This document shows positions 1 to 14,559 of a stretch of 64,000 nt of DNA, one piece after another. The translations under genes were made by a program, and so were the position numbers. The DNA comes from Phoronis australis (lineage: Eukaryota > Animalia > Phoronida): NCBI GenBank assembly GCA_002633005.1, contig NMRA01000028.1, forward strand, positions 275,989 through 339,988, read 5' to 3'. The notes under the pieces were generated by a model, which worked only from the letters and a program-made list of their open reading frames with translations, had not been told where the DNA came from and did no database searches. Positions within the stretch are counted from its first letter, which is position 1, and each line of letters begins with the position of its first letter.

Positions 1-2177
1 AGAATAAAAACAAATACACTTTAATATTGATTAAAATACACATTTTCATTCTCATTCGATTATAAGTGGATGTTAGTTTACGTATTCTAACCATTTTCAA
101 TCACACAGTAATTTTATTGCACGTTGAACGTCATTAAAGTATGAATTCATCAGTGTTTACATTGTTCGGACTGCGCTCCTAAGTAAGTATTGATTATTCA
201 CCGCTTGGAGCGCTAGTGTTTCGACCGGTAACCATTGCGGCGAATGGTAAAATGGCGGAGTGAACTCTCCTATACTCGTACACTCCTTGGTAGGACCCAG
301 GCTTAAAAGCGCCGGCTGTGCGACTGTAGCAGTGTCTGTTACCAGCGGGGATAAAATAATCGACAGTGGACCTTAATTTTATTAACACCAAAATAGGGAT
401 AATTTGTACCGAAATTGTTGACAAAATGTGGCAAAATAATTTTGACAGAAATAATTGCCGGACGCGGACCTGCAGCCGATGGCCCGGTGCGGACCGATCG
501 TGACCACTGTACTGGCGAAAGACGAAAGCATGCTGTCCCCAGCTATTTCATGGGAATGAATGGTTCAAATCATAAATGCCTTATACATACAAAGATAGTT
601 TCAGACACTTGCATAAAATTGCGGACTAGTCACAGTCCTGTGCCAACGATTGAATAACAATCGGGCTAAGGCTAAGCGTGTTTTACTGGGAGTAATTAAC
701 GCTGGTAAACAAACTGTATAAACAGAACAACGAACATACAATATCTAAATAATTGAATAAATTGTTATAAGGTTAGAATAACCTGACGATTAAACTTGCG
801 AAAATATCGAAAATAAATTTAGACGGAAGATACCAGCGATGGTCTCCCGCTACTTCAGTTACGGCCGGGCGGATGACTGCCAACAAATAACAGTGAACGA
901 CAGAACACCATTTGGTGGTGAAATAACTTCAGGAAGAAAATTTGCCATGGTGCCAAATGGTATAATAAAATTATTAATGAGTTTAAAGTGAAAGGAATAA
1001 TTCTCACTTAGCCAGAAACATTCGTATGAGCTGATACCAAGCGGAGCCGGACCGCTTGGCCTATCATGCGCGGACATCTGGCTCCGCGGGGCAAGATGAA
1101 CACATTAATTAGCTACCCAGGCCTTGAATGAGTGAAATTCTGCGTTATGCTTTTAACACTGCAATATTTTCTCATCGCCGACATTCAGCTCATTTACTAA
1201 AATTCACTGCACTCCCCCCCCCCCCGTTTGCAACGCGGAATTTTTATATTTAGAAAACAAATGTAAATATTTTTTGTTCTTGTCAGGTTTTAAAATATAT
1301 TTTCCCTAATAGTTGAATATCAGTGCCAATTTAGCAACTGATTATTTTCCCGACGAAGAGTCAATGCAACTGCAGGGGAATTGCTTCGTCGGTTACGGTG
1401 TCCGGGCAGCAAAATCAAGCACAGGTGCGCGTTATTGCAAGTGAGGTGTGGAATTCGCTTTTTTGAGATAAAACTTGTTTTTGCTTGTTGAAACATAGTG
1501 TTTTTTTCCATTTTACATTTTTAGAGGCCAGTAAAGCCGGTGCCGATTTGCTGCCAAGTACGCACTGCGATCGTGAACACAGCCGGGTAGTCACACGACA
1601 ATTGGTCACTTCAGGGTGGTATGGCGATAAATACAACACGTTTGTTGATCAAGTAAGTTTTCCTCTAATTTATTACCTAAACGGGCACTGTTGCTGAAAT
1701 ATGACGTACCCTCGCAATGAGTCAGGGCTGACCTCAGTAGCCGAGCGTAGGCTGCTGCAGATGCGACGTACTTCACAAACTTATGAGTATGCATTAAATA
1801 CTATTCGTCATATGCAAAGAACAGGTAAAATTTTGACAATAAATAATCAACTTTGTATAAAAAGAACCAAAATGAGAATCAAAAAACAACCAAACAAAGT
1901 AATAACGCATTTACGCTCACTGTGATGTCAATAAGTTTTCAAGAACAACATTCCGGACGTCATTCAGGAATCGTTCCTGAACTGATGCACAGGACCTCAG
2001 GTCACGGAAATAGACGGTAATAATCGCTGATTTCCCGATTTCGCCTGAGGTACAAAATTGTGCTCAAAAAGGCTTTTAGTTTGATGACAGAAAGGATGTG
2101 AACATTATGCCATGTTACATATTATTTAATTTGGTATATATTTTTAAGTTTTTGAACTAGATTGCCCTTTGAGATAT

Positions 2178-2420
2178 GGGACCAGTTCCAACAAAACTGA
2201 CTTAGCTAAGACAAATCTTAAATTTTAGTAAATTTTAAAATAAAAGTTAAATTTGTCCCAAAACCAATTCAAGAAAGAGATCTCAAGTTTGACTGAAGTG
2301 TTTGACATAAGTTTTGTCTTAATTTTGAATAACTTACCAAATATGGAAGTTTCAAAGTTTGGAAGTTAAGACAAATCTTAAACTTAATCTTAACTTAAGT
2401 CAGTTTCTTGGAACAGGCCC
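2178..2420. mobile_element. Non-autonomous MITE, PIF/Harbinger-like termini
   Basis: Imperfect TIRs: left GGGACCAGTTCCAACAAAACTGACTTAG versus reverse complement of right end GGGCCTGTTCCAAGAAACTGACTTAAG; AT-rich non-coding interior. Confidence 0.6.
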
Positions 2421-3937
2421 AAGGACTTTAAGCATTCTTCGACAATGGTTGCAGTGGGTGTTTCCCTACTGTCTTAAACCTGATTTACACGCCACAGGTC
2501 CTGACGTTGCACTCGATCTCCAAACCATGCACGAGCGTTATTTGAATGCGACGGTAGATCTCTCGTGCAAAGATACCGGTGGAACTTGAATCTCAACATA
2601 TCCCTACACCGGGGGTTCTCTAGAAAGTTAGTCATGTTTCTCAAAACATTCATTCGTTAATGCCACATATTCACATTGGCCTGTTTATTTATATTCTGAT
2701 TTATCCTGTGTTCTTGCTTGCGTCGAAAGGTCGAAGGTCGTGTGGCATTGCCATTGTGGTAGTTGTAAATTTCTCGTTTTGTGTACATATCTGACTCTTG
2801 TTGTAATTACTTACGTTATATTTTACTTGTGCGGTATTTTTGTCTCTTTCAGTTTACAGTTTTGGTGCTCTTGTTATTGCTCAACTTCAAAAGTTTCACA
2901 AGAAACCAATAAAAATAAACCGTTGTAAACTCACCCGATGTCATTTATGCGCCCGCATAGTGTGCCAACTACTTACCGCTAAACTTACACATCTTAAAGC
3001 CTATCTTCAACGGTAAGAACTGTAAATTTGGTTCCTACAGTATGTTAAGAGCATCGCTCTAAGCCCAGCAGTGCCATAAATTGCCAAACGTAACGAACTG
3101 CTAGGCTTGCTTTTGTCTGCATCACCGCGAAAATCACGATGTTGACAAAAAAAATTTTTACTAAAAAGATCTGTGTCATGATGACAACTTGAGTATATTG
3201 CAAAAACGTATTAAGAGGTCACTTCAGTTTGGAAGCCGACCAAAATGTTGCCATTTTTAGTTTACTAGGCGTAAAATGGTTTGCTTGATGAATGAATTAG
3301 CTTCCTACGAAAAGGCTGTGTGGTAGAGTAATTTCGCTTCATAACTTGAGAGTTTTGTTGAAAGCAAAAGTTCTTGCCTATTGATGTGAATTGCAGAAAT
3401 AGTTTCTTAGTGTGCTACACGAAACACACTGCTCTAATTGGCCGTTCATTTTCCAAGACATTGAATTTGATTGAACGCCCTCCTTAATGTCTTGCTCGTT
3501 TTGAATATACTGTCTTCGCTCAAGTGAAGTTCAAAACTTCATTAGAAATATTTTAATGCAAAATGTACTTTGTCAAACCCTTTTCAAAATAAAGTTCTTT
3601 AAGTCTCATATCAATTTTTGAAAATGAATCAAAACTAACATAGTTTTAAGTTTATTTTTTAATTTCTAGTGGTGCTCTATACAATTAATACCCAAGCTGA
3701 CACAACTTCTCAACTGCCAATTTGCTGGGAGGCAAGCATTCGCCAAATATGGTGGTTACGGAAGTTTGTATCCGACATCAAACCTCATGATGAATTGCAA
3801 CAGCAGTTTTGTCACACTGACACGACCAATTAACCCCACCCAACGTCCAGAAAATTACAGACTAAACACATTTCGACGGGAACAGTGGTTTCAACTCTCA
3901 CATCCTGGATAAATCTTGATTGATACCTACTAGATAT

Positions 3938-5340
3938 AGCAAGAGCAACACGCGCGGAGCTTTAACATGCGCCCATTGTGTGCATCGAATATTCCGCAGA
4001 TACAAGGGGTGCTTGTTATTTAAAGTGTTCCCACTAAAAAGGCAATGTTAGTAAATATAAAATAGCGCCAATAGGTGTTGCATAGCAAGTCGCCAATGAT
4101 CTCCTAAATAGGACCGCACCTGCCAAGATCGTAAAAAACAAAGCTGGTACGAGGGGCACAGCGGTATATAGTCAGATACGTCCAAAAGTCGTCGTCACCC
4201 GTTGTCACGTTCGTAGAAATGCACTTGCCAAATTTCACAAATATGTTACAGGGGTTAAAGCGAAACAGCTGTAGGTGCGAAAAAAGCAAAAGTGCCATTA
4301 GGGTTCGCCAGAGTAGACAAACTTGTCCAAAATCATTATCAGTGATGCTCTTCCCAGTAAGAACACATATACCAATTTTCATAACGATTCTTAGAATGGT
4401 TGGGCTGACAATAATATGGACGCCAAAAATAGACATAAAATTATAAAAATGACCACTGGCAAGCGTGCACTATGTCAAATCCATCTAAAAATGGGAAGGC
4501 GTCATCACCTCTTTTAACAGAAACCTATTTGCCTAATTTCCGTCATCAAAATACGTCAAGAAACTCTGAACATACAGAGGAAAACGGGAAGATGCAACTA
4601 GAGGTCACAGCAGTAGTCGAATCCGTCCGACGTCGTCATCATCCGTTGTCACCTTCCTACAAATACACTTGCCAAATTTAACGAAGATCCTGCAGAGGAT
4701 TTAGGAGATCAAGTTACGGAAGCCAAAACACTGTTGGCGAAAAAAATAATAAAATTGCCACAAGGGAATGCAGTGGTACTCGAATCCGTCTAAAAGTCGG
4801 CGTCAACCGTTGGCAACAATATATAAATACAATTGCCAAATTTAAGTTTCAGGAGACACTGTCAAGGACGCAAGAAACTGCCACTAGGAGGCACCACAGT
4901 AGTCAGAGTCGTCTGAAAATCATCCTCAGCCGCCATTTTTGCAGTAGCAACATATACGCCAATTTTCGTAACTATCCTTGAAGTGGTTCGTGTGATAAAG
5001 GAGTGGACAACAAAACAGATTTCAAACAACAAAAATGGCGACTCAGTGGCACAAAATACGTCGAATCCATCCCAAAACCGGAGGGTGGCGTGATTGAAGA
5101 TTCCTATTAGCTAAATTTTGCGAAACCCCGGCGTTAAGGAACATCCGAAGATAGAGAGGAAAATGTAAAAAAAATCCCACTTGAGGGCACACCGGCCGGA
5201 TTCGTCCGAAAAATTCGGTCATGCCGTCTTTTCTATGAAAGGAACATTCATCCATGAGTTTTGGAGAGAAAACAGTCAACGTCGGAAGGACAGACGGGAG
5301 GACAGCGATGACATCATAATGCACGCTTAAAAAGACGATT
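3938..5340 (+). repeat. Degenerate ~150-bp tandem array, resembling a non-autonomous element with internal repeats (HINE/pearl-like)
   Basis: Recurrent motifs (CCA..AG..GGCAC, GTCC..AAA.GTC, TTGCCAAATTT) about every 145-160 bp; starts near GCAAGAG and ends with a GGACAGACGG-type microsatellite near 5285. Confidence 0.45.
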
Positions 5341-6858
5341 TCATTCTCACGTAGCTGGATAAATTTTCTAGACTGACACCCAGATATGAACTGACGGCGA
5401 CTGGATACATTTGTCTAGCGTGACATCTTAGATAAAAGCACTTTCATAAGCAGAACTCATTTGTGTGACACCCTGTAGAAACAGACGACGTCACTGCCAA
5501 ATGTTGAATACAACGTCTAAGTAACACTATAGATTATAGACCACAGATTCATAACTCCAATATTTTCTTGCGAAATATCCTTCTAAATATAGCAAACTCA
5601 GTTTCCGGTTAGTGTATTGTGACAAGCTAAAAACAATTTCGGCATTGAAACGCTGTTGAAGGTCTTCCAACAGTAGAGTCCAGAATTTTTGAGTGGCACC
5701 GGCGTGCATTCGAGCTTAAAATGAAACGGCCTGGTGGAATACATAAACTGTTGTTGAAGTGGTTTTTGAGTAGACCTGGTGGTTATTTCTAGAGTATCAA
5801 TATGAGCTTTATTTAAGAAGTTAATGTTTCACGAGCGTTCACTTTATTTAAACACGTATGTGAGTTGAGGAAAATCGCCGATCCAATTCCCGACGAAATG
5901 AGCATGATTAGCAGACGACGTACTTACCGGAACTGAAGCGTGCTATGACTGCAAGGTTTCGCTAGTGAATAATGAGGTCACGGTTTATGCGTAAAATCAC
6001 AGATATCGTCCATTTAAAATATGCGGAGTTCGCGGTCTATGGTGACAATCGCATACAGACGACGTCACTCGTACAGGCTGGATACATTGTTGTGTGTAAT
6101 ATTGTCACTCTCACAGATCGAGTGGATACATTACCCGTACATGAACTGACGATGACACTCTTTCAAGCTAAACACATTGTCATGTGTACCGTCACACGTC
6201 GCAACCCATGACTTAGTTCCACTCCTGTCTCATGTCAGTGTCATTGTCGTCGATGTCTCTCTAGGAATTATTTGTGAGCAACGTGAATTTCAAAACCTCA
6301 AAAGTATGAAAACGTCCAATTGAAAAACTAGTTGTGGAATTTAGAGATGTTTTACCATTAAAAAGCTGAGATCTCCAAATTATAATGTGTTATTTTTCCG
6401 TGAGATCTGCGTTAGTTTTTGCCGTTACTTTTTAAGTTGTGTATCCTTGCTTTTCTTTTCAGCCCAGGAAGGACCAGCGTTTCTTGTAAAACAATATCAA
6501 AATATTAAGAGTAACTTGTTCACTTGGGTCTACTTTAATGGCTCTGTTGTAAACGTATCCTCGATCCCACAACACTTTTACCATTGACCTCTTGGTTGTC
6601 ACACAAAATTTCCCTTTTTGTGCCTTTCCCCTGTCACCACGCATATTAGAGTAGTCTCTGCATTTCTATTCAAAATGAGGAAATGCTTAGGGATTCATTC
6701 CAAATGGTGATGGTTATTTCATCACAACATCGAAGCCCGCGGCGTATATTCCTCGTTTTTGCGGAGTTTAAGATTCCGTCAATATAAGTTGCAACTCAGA
6801 AGCATTATCCCCAGTCAAGGTCTTGTACAACGGAGACGATTGGGTAGTAGTCTGATAT

Positions 6859-6935
6859 AACGTGCCCGCATTTTGAGACCCAGTTTTAATCACTGAATGA
6901 CGGGCATCAACTGGTTCTCAAAATGTGGGCACGTT
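6859..6935. repeat. Near-perfect 77-nt hairpin (small palindromic element)
   Basis: AACGTGCCCGCATTTTGAGACCCAGTT pairs with AACTGGTTCTCAAAATGTGGGCACGTT. Confidence 0.7.
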
Positions 6936-7186
6936 GTGCCACCGTATTTAAGGCGTCAGTGAAGATTCGTTTTGTGTTTGCATAGCTGCCTCTGGTGTGG
7001 CTATTAACCGTTTGAAGCTAACGTGTTATTTTTAGAAACAAATGATTTAAACGCGATCGCAGGACTAGCTGCGTACATTTTTATTCTTGCTAATCACAAT
7101 TCAGTTATTTCTGAAAGCAATATGGCAAGAGATGATCTATACTTCACTTTCAATGCACAGAGGTCGCCTCATCAAAAGAGACATTA

Positions 7187-8113
7187 TCGGTTTTACGGCC
7201 GAAAAACGCATCGTGGGTTTATTATTGGATGTGATAACATTTTGAAGTAATTAACTTTGACTAGAGCTACAAAACAACAACATCCGTTGTGTTTTTTCTG
7301 ATTTTATTACAAAGTCTAAAATTTTTGCGAAGTTGTCTGGCAGACATTCGCTGAAATCAAGAGTGGCGACATCACCAATTTTAATTAAAAATAAGTTTCC
7401 ATTTATCGAGTAGAATTTAGTTCCGCCAGAAGACCTTTAGACTGTGACCGCGGGGGTTACAGGTTTGATTCTGCATTAAGACTGGTCTCCAAAAATCACT
7501 TTTCGTTCCAAAAATTTACCTTATGTGGACGTGGCAAAAAGAACGCACTGCAACGAAATTGTGCGTTTCTGTAAGGAGACGAAATGGCCTCCCATCTACT
7601 TACTTCCAAAAATGCGAGATCGTTGTTCACTGACATTAAAATTCAAAACAGCAACGGGTAAGATTTTGTTGGAAGTAACATATATGACAATCTGTTTTCC
7701 ATACCATCATTAAACCTGTAAAAAATAAAGCATTTGCCTCGTATGAAATCGTTAGGGAGCACTAATCATTTGAGGGCTGATGTAATCATATTAAATGATG
7801 AGCATTTGGCATAAGTCCAATTTTTTAGAAAGTGACATTATCGGAACTCAGCTCTAGCAGTCCACTATGTTTTGCTGGCGAAGCTAAACCTCATTGGAAA
7901 AGGGGTTGAGCATTCTAAGAGTATTTAATTAGTATAGTCACCACTCTTGATTTCAGGAAATGAATAGCAGATAACGGCGAGAATTGGCAATTTGTAACAA
8001 AACCACAAAGACACAACAGATTTTGTTGTTTTATAGTTATTCTCGAAATTCATAACTTCAAGAAGTCTCACCAACAATAATCCTCGCGAATGTGTTATTC
8101 GGCCGTAAAACCG
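7187..8113. repeat. Old long inverted repeat (arms ~7187-7371 and ~7936-8113), probable decayed MITE
   Basis: CGGTTTTACGGCCGAA...CTGAAATCAAGAGTGGCGAC is mirrored by GTCACCACTCTTGATTTCAG...TTCGGCCGTAAAACCG. Confidence 0.6.
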
Positions 8114-11100
8114 AAAATACCTTTCAAACTCAACCTCATTAACACAGTTTAAAACCGACTCTTGATAATAAATTCCGTTTCACAGAATCTTCTTTAGACA
8201 TGTTGATGACTGGGTTTGATGTTGCGAAAGTCTCAGGTATGCGGTCTATGGCACAACAAACATGTACATCACTGACATGAGATACTCGGGAAAATAGAGT
8301 GCGCCCAGTAGTATAAGCTGTATGCGCACAATGACAAGTGATCTAATCACAGTTTGCCGCCTCTCGATTAGTATCATCAAGACGATATTTTGACGTTTTG
8401 AACCCAGTCAAATAAAAGTCAAAAGCCATAGCTGAAAACAACAATACTAATTGGCTAGTTACACAAATCCCTTTGATTAATAAGCGCTTTAAAATTTATT
8501 ACCTGCACTGCCCGGGACCTAATCTTTGAACTAAAAAATCGAAGCCGAAATTCTTTTGTGCATATTCCGTTCTACTTTTCAGCTAACTCCTGATAATTGT
8601 CTGTTATTCTGTATAGATTACATTGAAGATTCCGTTGAAGTTTGCCTAATCTGCACTTGATGACCACAGCATTAAAGCTATGTAAGTTCTAGTCTGAACT
8701 CGAAATCTCGAGTTTTTATTCGACGCCTCGAGCGTTTACCCTTTTATTGTTCGAATTTAGAGGTCACCAAGTGCGAACTTGCACCAGAAACTCATCTGCG
8801 CAAATCCTAATGTACACGACCATTTGTATTGAGTCCCCGCAAAAATAGAAGTGAAAATGTTAAAAATACACTCGATTTCGAGTACAAAGATAAGACACGT
8901 TCTCAACTCACAGTGCAGCATACAAGCGGTGCAAAAGTTTTCGACACACACAGATTAATCCAATCGCACTAAAATGTCCACGTTATTGTCTGAATGGGAA
9001 AATATCCAACACCAGTTTTTCCTTATATTTACAGGTCTAAATCGCGTCAGAATAGCACCAGTCACGTCATCACTAACGTCAAATCCTTTTTGTGTAGTGC
9101 CGGTAATCTGTTGTGTACGTGCTTTTGTTGGAATTTTGCTGTTAAAGCTGTCCGAAAAGGCCTCTAATGTCCCATTTTGGCCAACGTAACCTTTGGCATG
9201 TAATTCATTGCAATCAAATCTCACTAAAAGATTTTTTCTCTTAAACTTTGGTACGCCATACGGTGATTATGTTTGGGAAAATGGCCAGTGTATGCTCAAA
9301 TCACACCATGTACTTAATAGGACCAAAAATTACTTCCAAAACACTTCATAATAGACCTGTGTATATATTCGACGTCCTGCCGAGGGTACTTACATAGGTG
9401 GCATTTACACGACATACCGCTCAAGTGGGTGTTTTTTTCTTCTGCCCGATCCTTTCAAATGGGTGCCTTTTTCGATTGATTTCCTACCAAAGGGTTTATT
9501 CTATGATTTAGGAAATCTGCAAAGGCATCCATTTTTATAACCAATCTCTTAAGAAGAGGTTTATATTTTGTTCACACGCGAGTTGAATTAAAGCTGCAAT
9601 AAACCGCTCGTTCCATACAAGAAACAAACTTTTGTTTAGGCCACTAAACGCTATAAAATTGGTCTCAACCTGATGCATACCAAGATAAGAAGTAATTTCT
9701 GGGTTTGCAAGGAAGTGGTAATTCATTGATTATTGGGACCATGATTTCGGTGTATAAAATGACACGCCGCGTCAAGGCACCTTGTAGAACCAGACCTACA
9801 CTTGGACCTAGCCAAAATCACGTGTTGTCATTTAAAATACAAGGCAACATCTCACGTAATCTCACGAAGTCTTACTTTTTAGCAAGGCCCCAGCGTTACT
9901 GAACGACTGACTGTCCTGAAATCACCTCCAACAGCGGAAGCAATTTGAGACCAATATGATAGCGGAAGTGGTCTAAATCAAAAGGTTGTTTTTGTGACAT
10001 AAGGTAGAATTATAGCCATTTTAAAAGCGTGCAGTCCAAAGAGGAGCCCATTTAATTTTAGTTCAATTAATAAGCACTTTTACAACCCACACAATAGAAT
10101 AATGCTATGTGAAATACTTCTATGAAGGCTCCTCCTCCGACAAATAATAGGAACATGTTAAAGGTGCTAACTGTCCTCCAAGAAGGATCTAATGGAATCG
10201 TCATCATAATTTCCAAGCTCCTCCGTCATTACAAGGAGCAAATGATACGGTCGCTTACTACGGGGGGGGGGCTAAGAATTCCGGAAACCTATCCGGCTCG
10301 ATCACTTACTCGCTATCACATTTTGATAAATTCTAAAAACTCATTCGTTCCTATTTTTGTCCAACGCCCGTAGTAAGGCACCTACATAACGGTGGCATAA
10401 GGAATATACCGCTTACAAAGGTGACGTTTTCAAGGCCCCTTTACCTACCAAAATGTGACTGTTACGACAAATTTCCCAACAGAATGGTTCACTTCTTGGG
10501 TTTAACTGTAATAAAGATTGCATTGCAACAGAACTCTCTACAAGTGTTTTATTGAACTCCAGTGGGATTCAAACTTCTACAAAAGCGTTTTGAAATGTTG
10601 CCAGGAAATACTCTAGTTTAGTTTTGGAAGCTACCAACAAACGTGTCTCTTTGTCGGTCATTGCTCTCTAAATGGGTATCGTCTTATTAACTCTCTGAAA
10701 GACGTCCTAATTTCTCAGCTGTACATCCCATCAAAAATTAAATCGAGCATTCTGATTCAACTTTGAACCCACTGAGGCCCATTCAACTCTGCGACCGTGT
10801 TCATTTGTTATCTGCTATACAACTACTAGAACTTCACCAAAGCTCGCTTCTAAAACGAAGCTATTTGAGACACCTAAAATATAAGTGGCGTGTCGCGATC
10901 AAAGAAACTTATAAACCGCAGTCCCTGACAATCACGTGTGTAGCTTGCTTGTTAGATATCATTCGTGAGCAGGGGAGTATGGAAACCAAGGGAAACCAAT
11001 GGAAGCCTGGCACTTACCTTAGAAGATTTGTTGGGTAATCTGTAAATACGCCGCTCGTCCACGTTATCTGTTGCACACTGTGTGTAAGAAGAGATATGAA

Positions 11101-14100
11101 GAATGGAGAATATCACGAATTGTATCACAGTCAGAAAGTCACCCGGCCTTGGCCGCATGTTTTTAAAGAATGGGTTTATTGCATCCCATAAACCAGTCTA
11201 GCCTCGAGTCCACGGTATCGCTAGTCAGTCAACTCATAGGCATCGTTTATCGTTTACACTTCTTGTTTCAAGTTAACGACATACTCTCAACTTTCTTTAC
11301 GACATCGATATAACCGTTTCGACCACAAGTCTTTCTATTCCTAACGAAAATTGCTTCAAACGGCAAGTTTTCTGCACAAAATACAGAACTGTATGTAATG
11401 CACGCAACGTATTCCGAATGTTTGGATGCCTCAAATGGTTATAGTTGCACTAATTCCGTAACGAACTTGGCTGATGTCAACGTAACCAAGCCAGCAACTC
11501 CCACGTTGTCATCAATTTTCACTCGGTTAATAAACAAAACTGAATGATCGCTCTATCTCCACGTTATCGTTGAAGTAGACCAGGTCGTCCTTTCACTCCT
11601 TTATTTTGCAACTGCGGGCATGAACACGCGATTGTTGAAACTTTCCCCAATTTATCAACTCTTGCCGCCTACGAACTCGATATCCGCTTGACTTGACACC
11701 GGCGATGTTATATGCATTCTCGTTACAGTGTCGACGATACACTGCCAATCGAGCTTCTCAAGTAAATATACTGATTAATAATGGCGGAATGCGACTGGTA
11801 ATCCACTCAGTTTGGTTAAACTGGCGGGTCAGACGTTTCTGTTATCTCGGATAAATTTCATCCCAAAAATTCCCCTTGAAGTTTCCAGTGCCACTACGTT
11901 AAATTTTCGTCTTCACCGTGACATGTTTAAGTATCTAGCGGTTGTCAGTCCATAAAAGTATATTTTCATGAACTAGTAGTCGATTTTCACTAGAATACAG
12001 CAGCTATGTGTATGAAATTAAATTTATTTGATATTAATGCATGATTTTTGCCTACTCGCCCCGTTTTGTAAAACAGCATTTTCCATTGTGGAATATGAGT
12101 AGATGTAACCTGAAGTATCTCAAATTTTAAGACGGCCGGATTCAAAGTAAGAAAAAAAACAAAACAAAACAAAAGTGGCATTCTTAATCAGGAATTAGTT
12201 TCCACCCTACTCGACGCTAAGCAAGCGTTTGAAGTTAATGCTGTTGATGAAAGATATATACAGCACGTTTTGCTTCAATAATTACGCCATAAATACAATT
12301 ACACCCGTTATCTGTCTTACGTGTAATCCAGGGCACATTTTATTATATCTGTTTCACCCGTGTCGTGCGCGCCACGATTTATCTGTTAGCGAAATAATTC
12401 TATTGTTTTGATCTCATAGGACACCAATGCATCAAAGTTTGCCTAACCGTCAATTAGTTATGATAATGATGCCAGTTTGGTTGACTGTGGATTAGACAAA
12501 GAAACCTATTTGTGACGAGTACTAAATACGTATTTAACACGCGCACTTGTTTCAGTCTTTACTAAAGATGGTTTAGTCAACGAGAACACACTTAAATCTC
12601 GTCAGAAATGGTCAAATATTAGAACTGTCTCGTAAACACCTTTCATGGTGGTCGCCCAACACTGCACAGGCTGTCATCGTCAAAAGGATAAGCCAAGCAA
12701 ACGTGCTTTGGTCATAAACTTTAGAACTTCAGCAGTTTGCAAAGCTGTCTCGCAGTGAGAAAACCTAGCTAAAATCACGTGCTCTCATTGACGATACACA
12801 GTAATATCTCGCTTATTTCGCGAAGTTTTGCTTTTCTAACGAGCTCCTAGCGTTATTGAACTCTACACTGTTGTTTCCATTAAAATCAAAACATACATTG
12901 TGCATTTGCATTTGCTTTTGTTATCTACAATCTTTCAGAAAACATATCCGGTAACTGTTTTTTCTATCCCTGTGGTTTCTCGCTTTTCGTACTGATCTAC
13001 CAATCTCTTACTGTTGTTGTGGACACAAAATATGTTTATCAAAATTTTGAAAGGTGGGGTTGCACGGCACTGAGTTGGAGGTTGGCACAATCATGGATCT
13101 GAAGGTCAGTTTAAGCCCGTAACATACCACGTTCAGTATTACTGTTTGCCGAGTGTCTGCCTAAACCTTTTATCTGCTGTATTTCCCATTTCAGCTACCT
13201 ATAGCTAAATGATCTTTTATCAAGCAGTGATGTCATGATTCGCCACGTTGCTTAAGTTTCATTGCGTTTTGATGAACAAACGCAGCTAGCGAATGTCACA
13301 AAAGTGCGGATAAAATGTACAGAAATAATATGAAGCAATAAAGCCGAGTTATATGTTAAAAAAAACGGAAGCCAAGGTATATTTAACGTGGTTGTAACGC
13401 CACGGGAAAATTGTATTCGATACATTTGACAGTAGCATTCAGAGAATATTGTCAGTACAAAATTATTAAAAATGTGCGGTAAAAGCGATCATAAACAGTT
13501 TGAGGGACGGTTTACCACAAGGGATTTGGCACGTTCCAAACATTCCTTGGATTCAATTGTCCATGGCGTGAGGTTAGCTGACTATTATGCATTTATGCCA
13601 GTGAAATCCGTTCTCATTGTTGTGATATATTGATTCTGGAGGATACGGGTAGAATGGGGGAAACTTTCAATCGCAAGACAGGGCTGCCAATCTTCTCCCT
13701 CACGGTAGACGCGTGTGTTCTCAATAACAGCGTCGATGACTCTACTTAATCCTAGTTTACACTTGATGACTCATGATTGATGCCACAAGTTCGAGTCTTA
13801 ACTCGACATTTCGAGTTTTTATGAAAATTGTTGACTTTTTAGTCGAGTTTGTAGCACGAATCTGGGCACAATGCATCTGCATGAGGCACTAAAATAGAAC
13901 TAAAAACGTCCAAAAATAACCTCGAGGCCGATTTCGAGAGCATATTAGAATCTAGGCCCTGCATTGTGGCGAGACCGACTTGTCCACGAGTCTGCTCATC
14001 ACCGAGAACTGCCAAGGAACAACATGTCGTGGAAATGGACGCCATTTTGTCAATCCGCTCAAAAATGGTTCAGCAAAGAGATAATTTGCGTGAATGGGAA

Positions 14101-14235
14101 GCAGAAGAAATGAAGCCGAGTTATCAAACGCAGAAATCTTCCCTTAGCAATGCTCTTCATGCCCGACATTACCAGGAAATAACTTTTTTTTTTGTCTTAA
14201 GACATCACGTGCGGTGATAATGTTGTCGGGTTTAA

Positions 14236-14506
14236 AGCTGAAGGCCACCTTTTTCATGTCATTTTTAGTAAAAATGTCGTTGATCATCCCAGACATATTT
14301 TTCAAATAACTACGGCTTCTCGTAATTTAATTAATTAGTCGTGCCCTACTCTGGAAGTGACGTTTACGGGGGTTAAGAATTTTGTTTTCGTATAGTCCAC
14401 TGTGTGAGCTGTCGAGTGAGTGATTGTTTTACCTCGGTTGTGATAAGTTCAGTCGTCGTTTGCGTTTGTTTACGAGTCAGTCAACATACCGCACGATTGC
14501 TGCGCA
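14236..14506 (+). mobile_element. Left end of a decayed Kolobok-type element with a THAP start remnant
   Basis: Follows TTAA (14232-14235); alignable with the element starting at 49618, including the THAP start region (ATG changed to ATA). Confidence 0.7.
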
Positions 14507-14559
14507 TAGACCCGTATCCCAGAGCTTTTTGGGCATGAAAAGGTAATCAATTTTCTTTG

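Noticed and set aside
11250-11700. MULE transposase remnant (HPNI-like motif, minus strand)
   Set aside because: Too decayed; only one short motif supports it.
194-14217. Short ORFs of 60-110 aa in the first 14 kb
   Set aside because: No recognisable domains or consistent exon structure; expected by chance.
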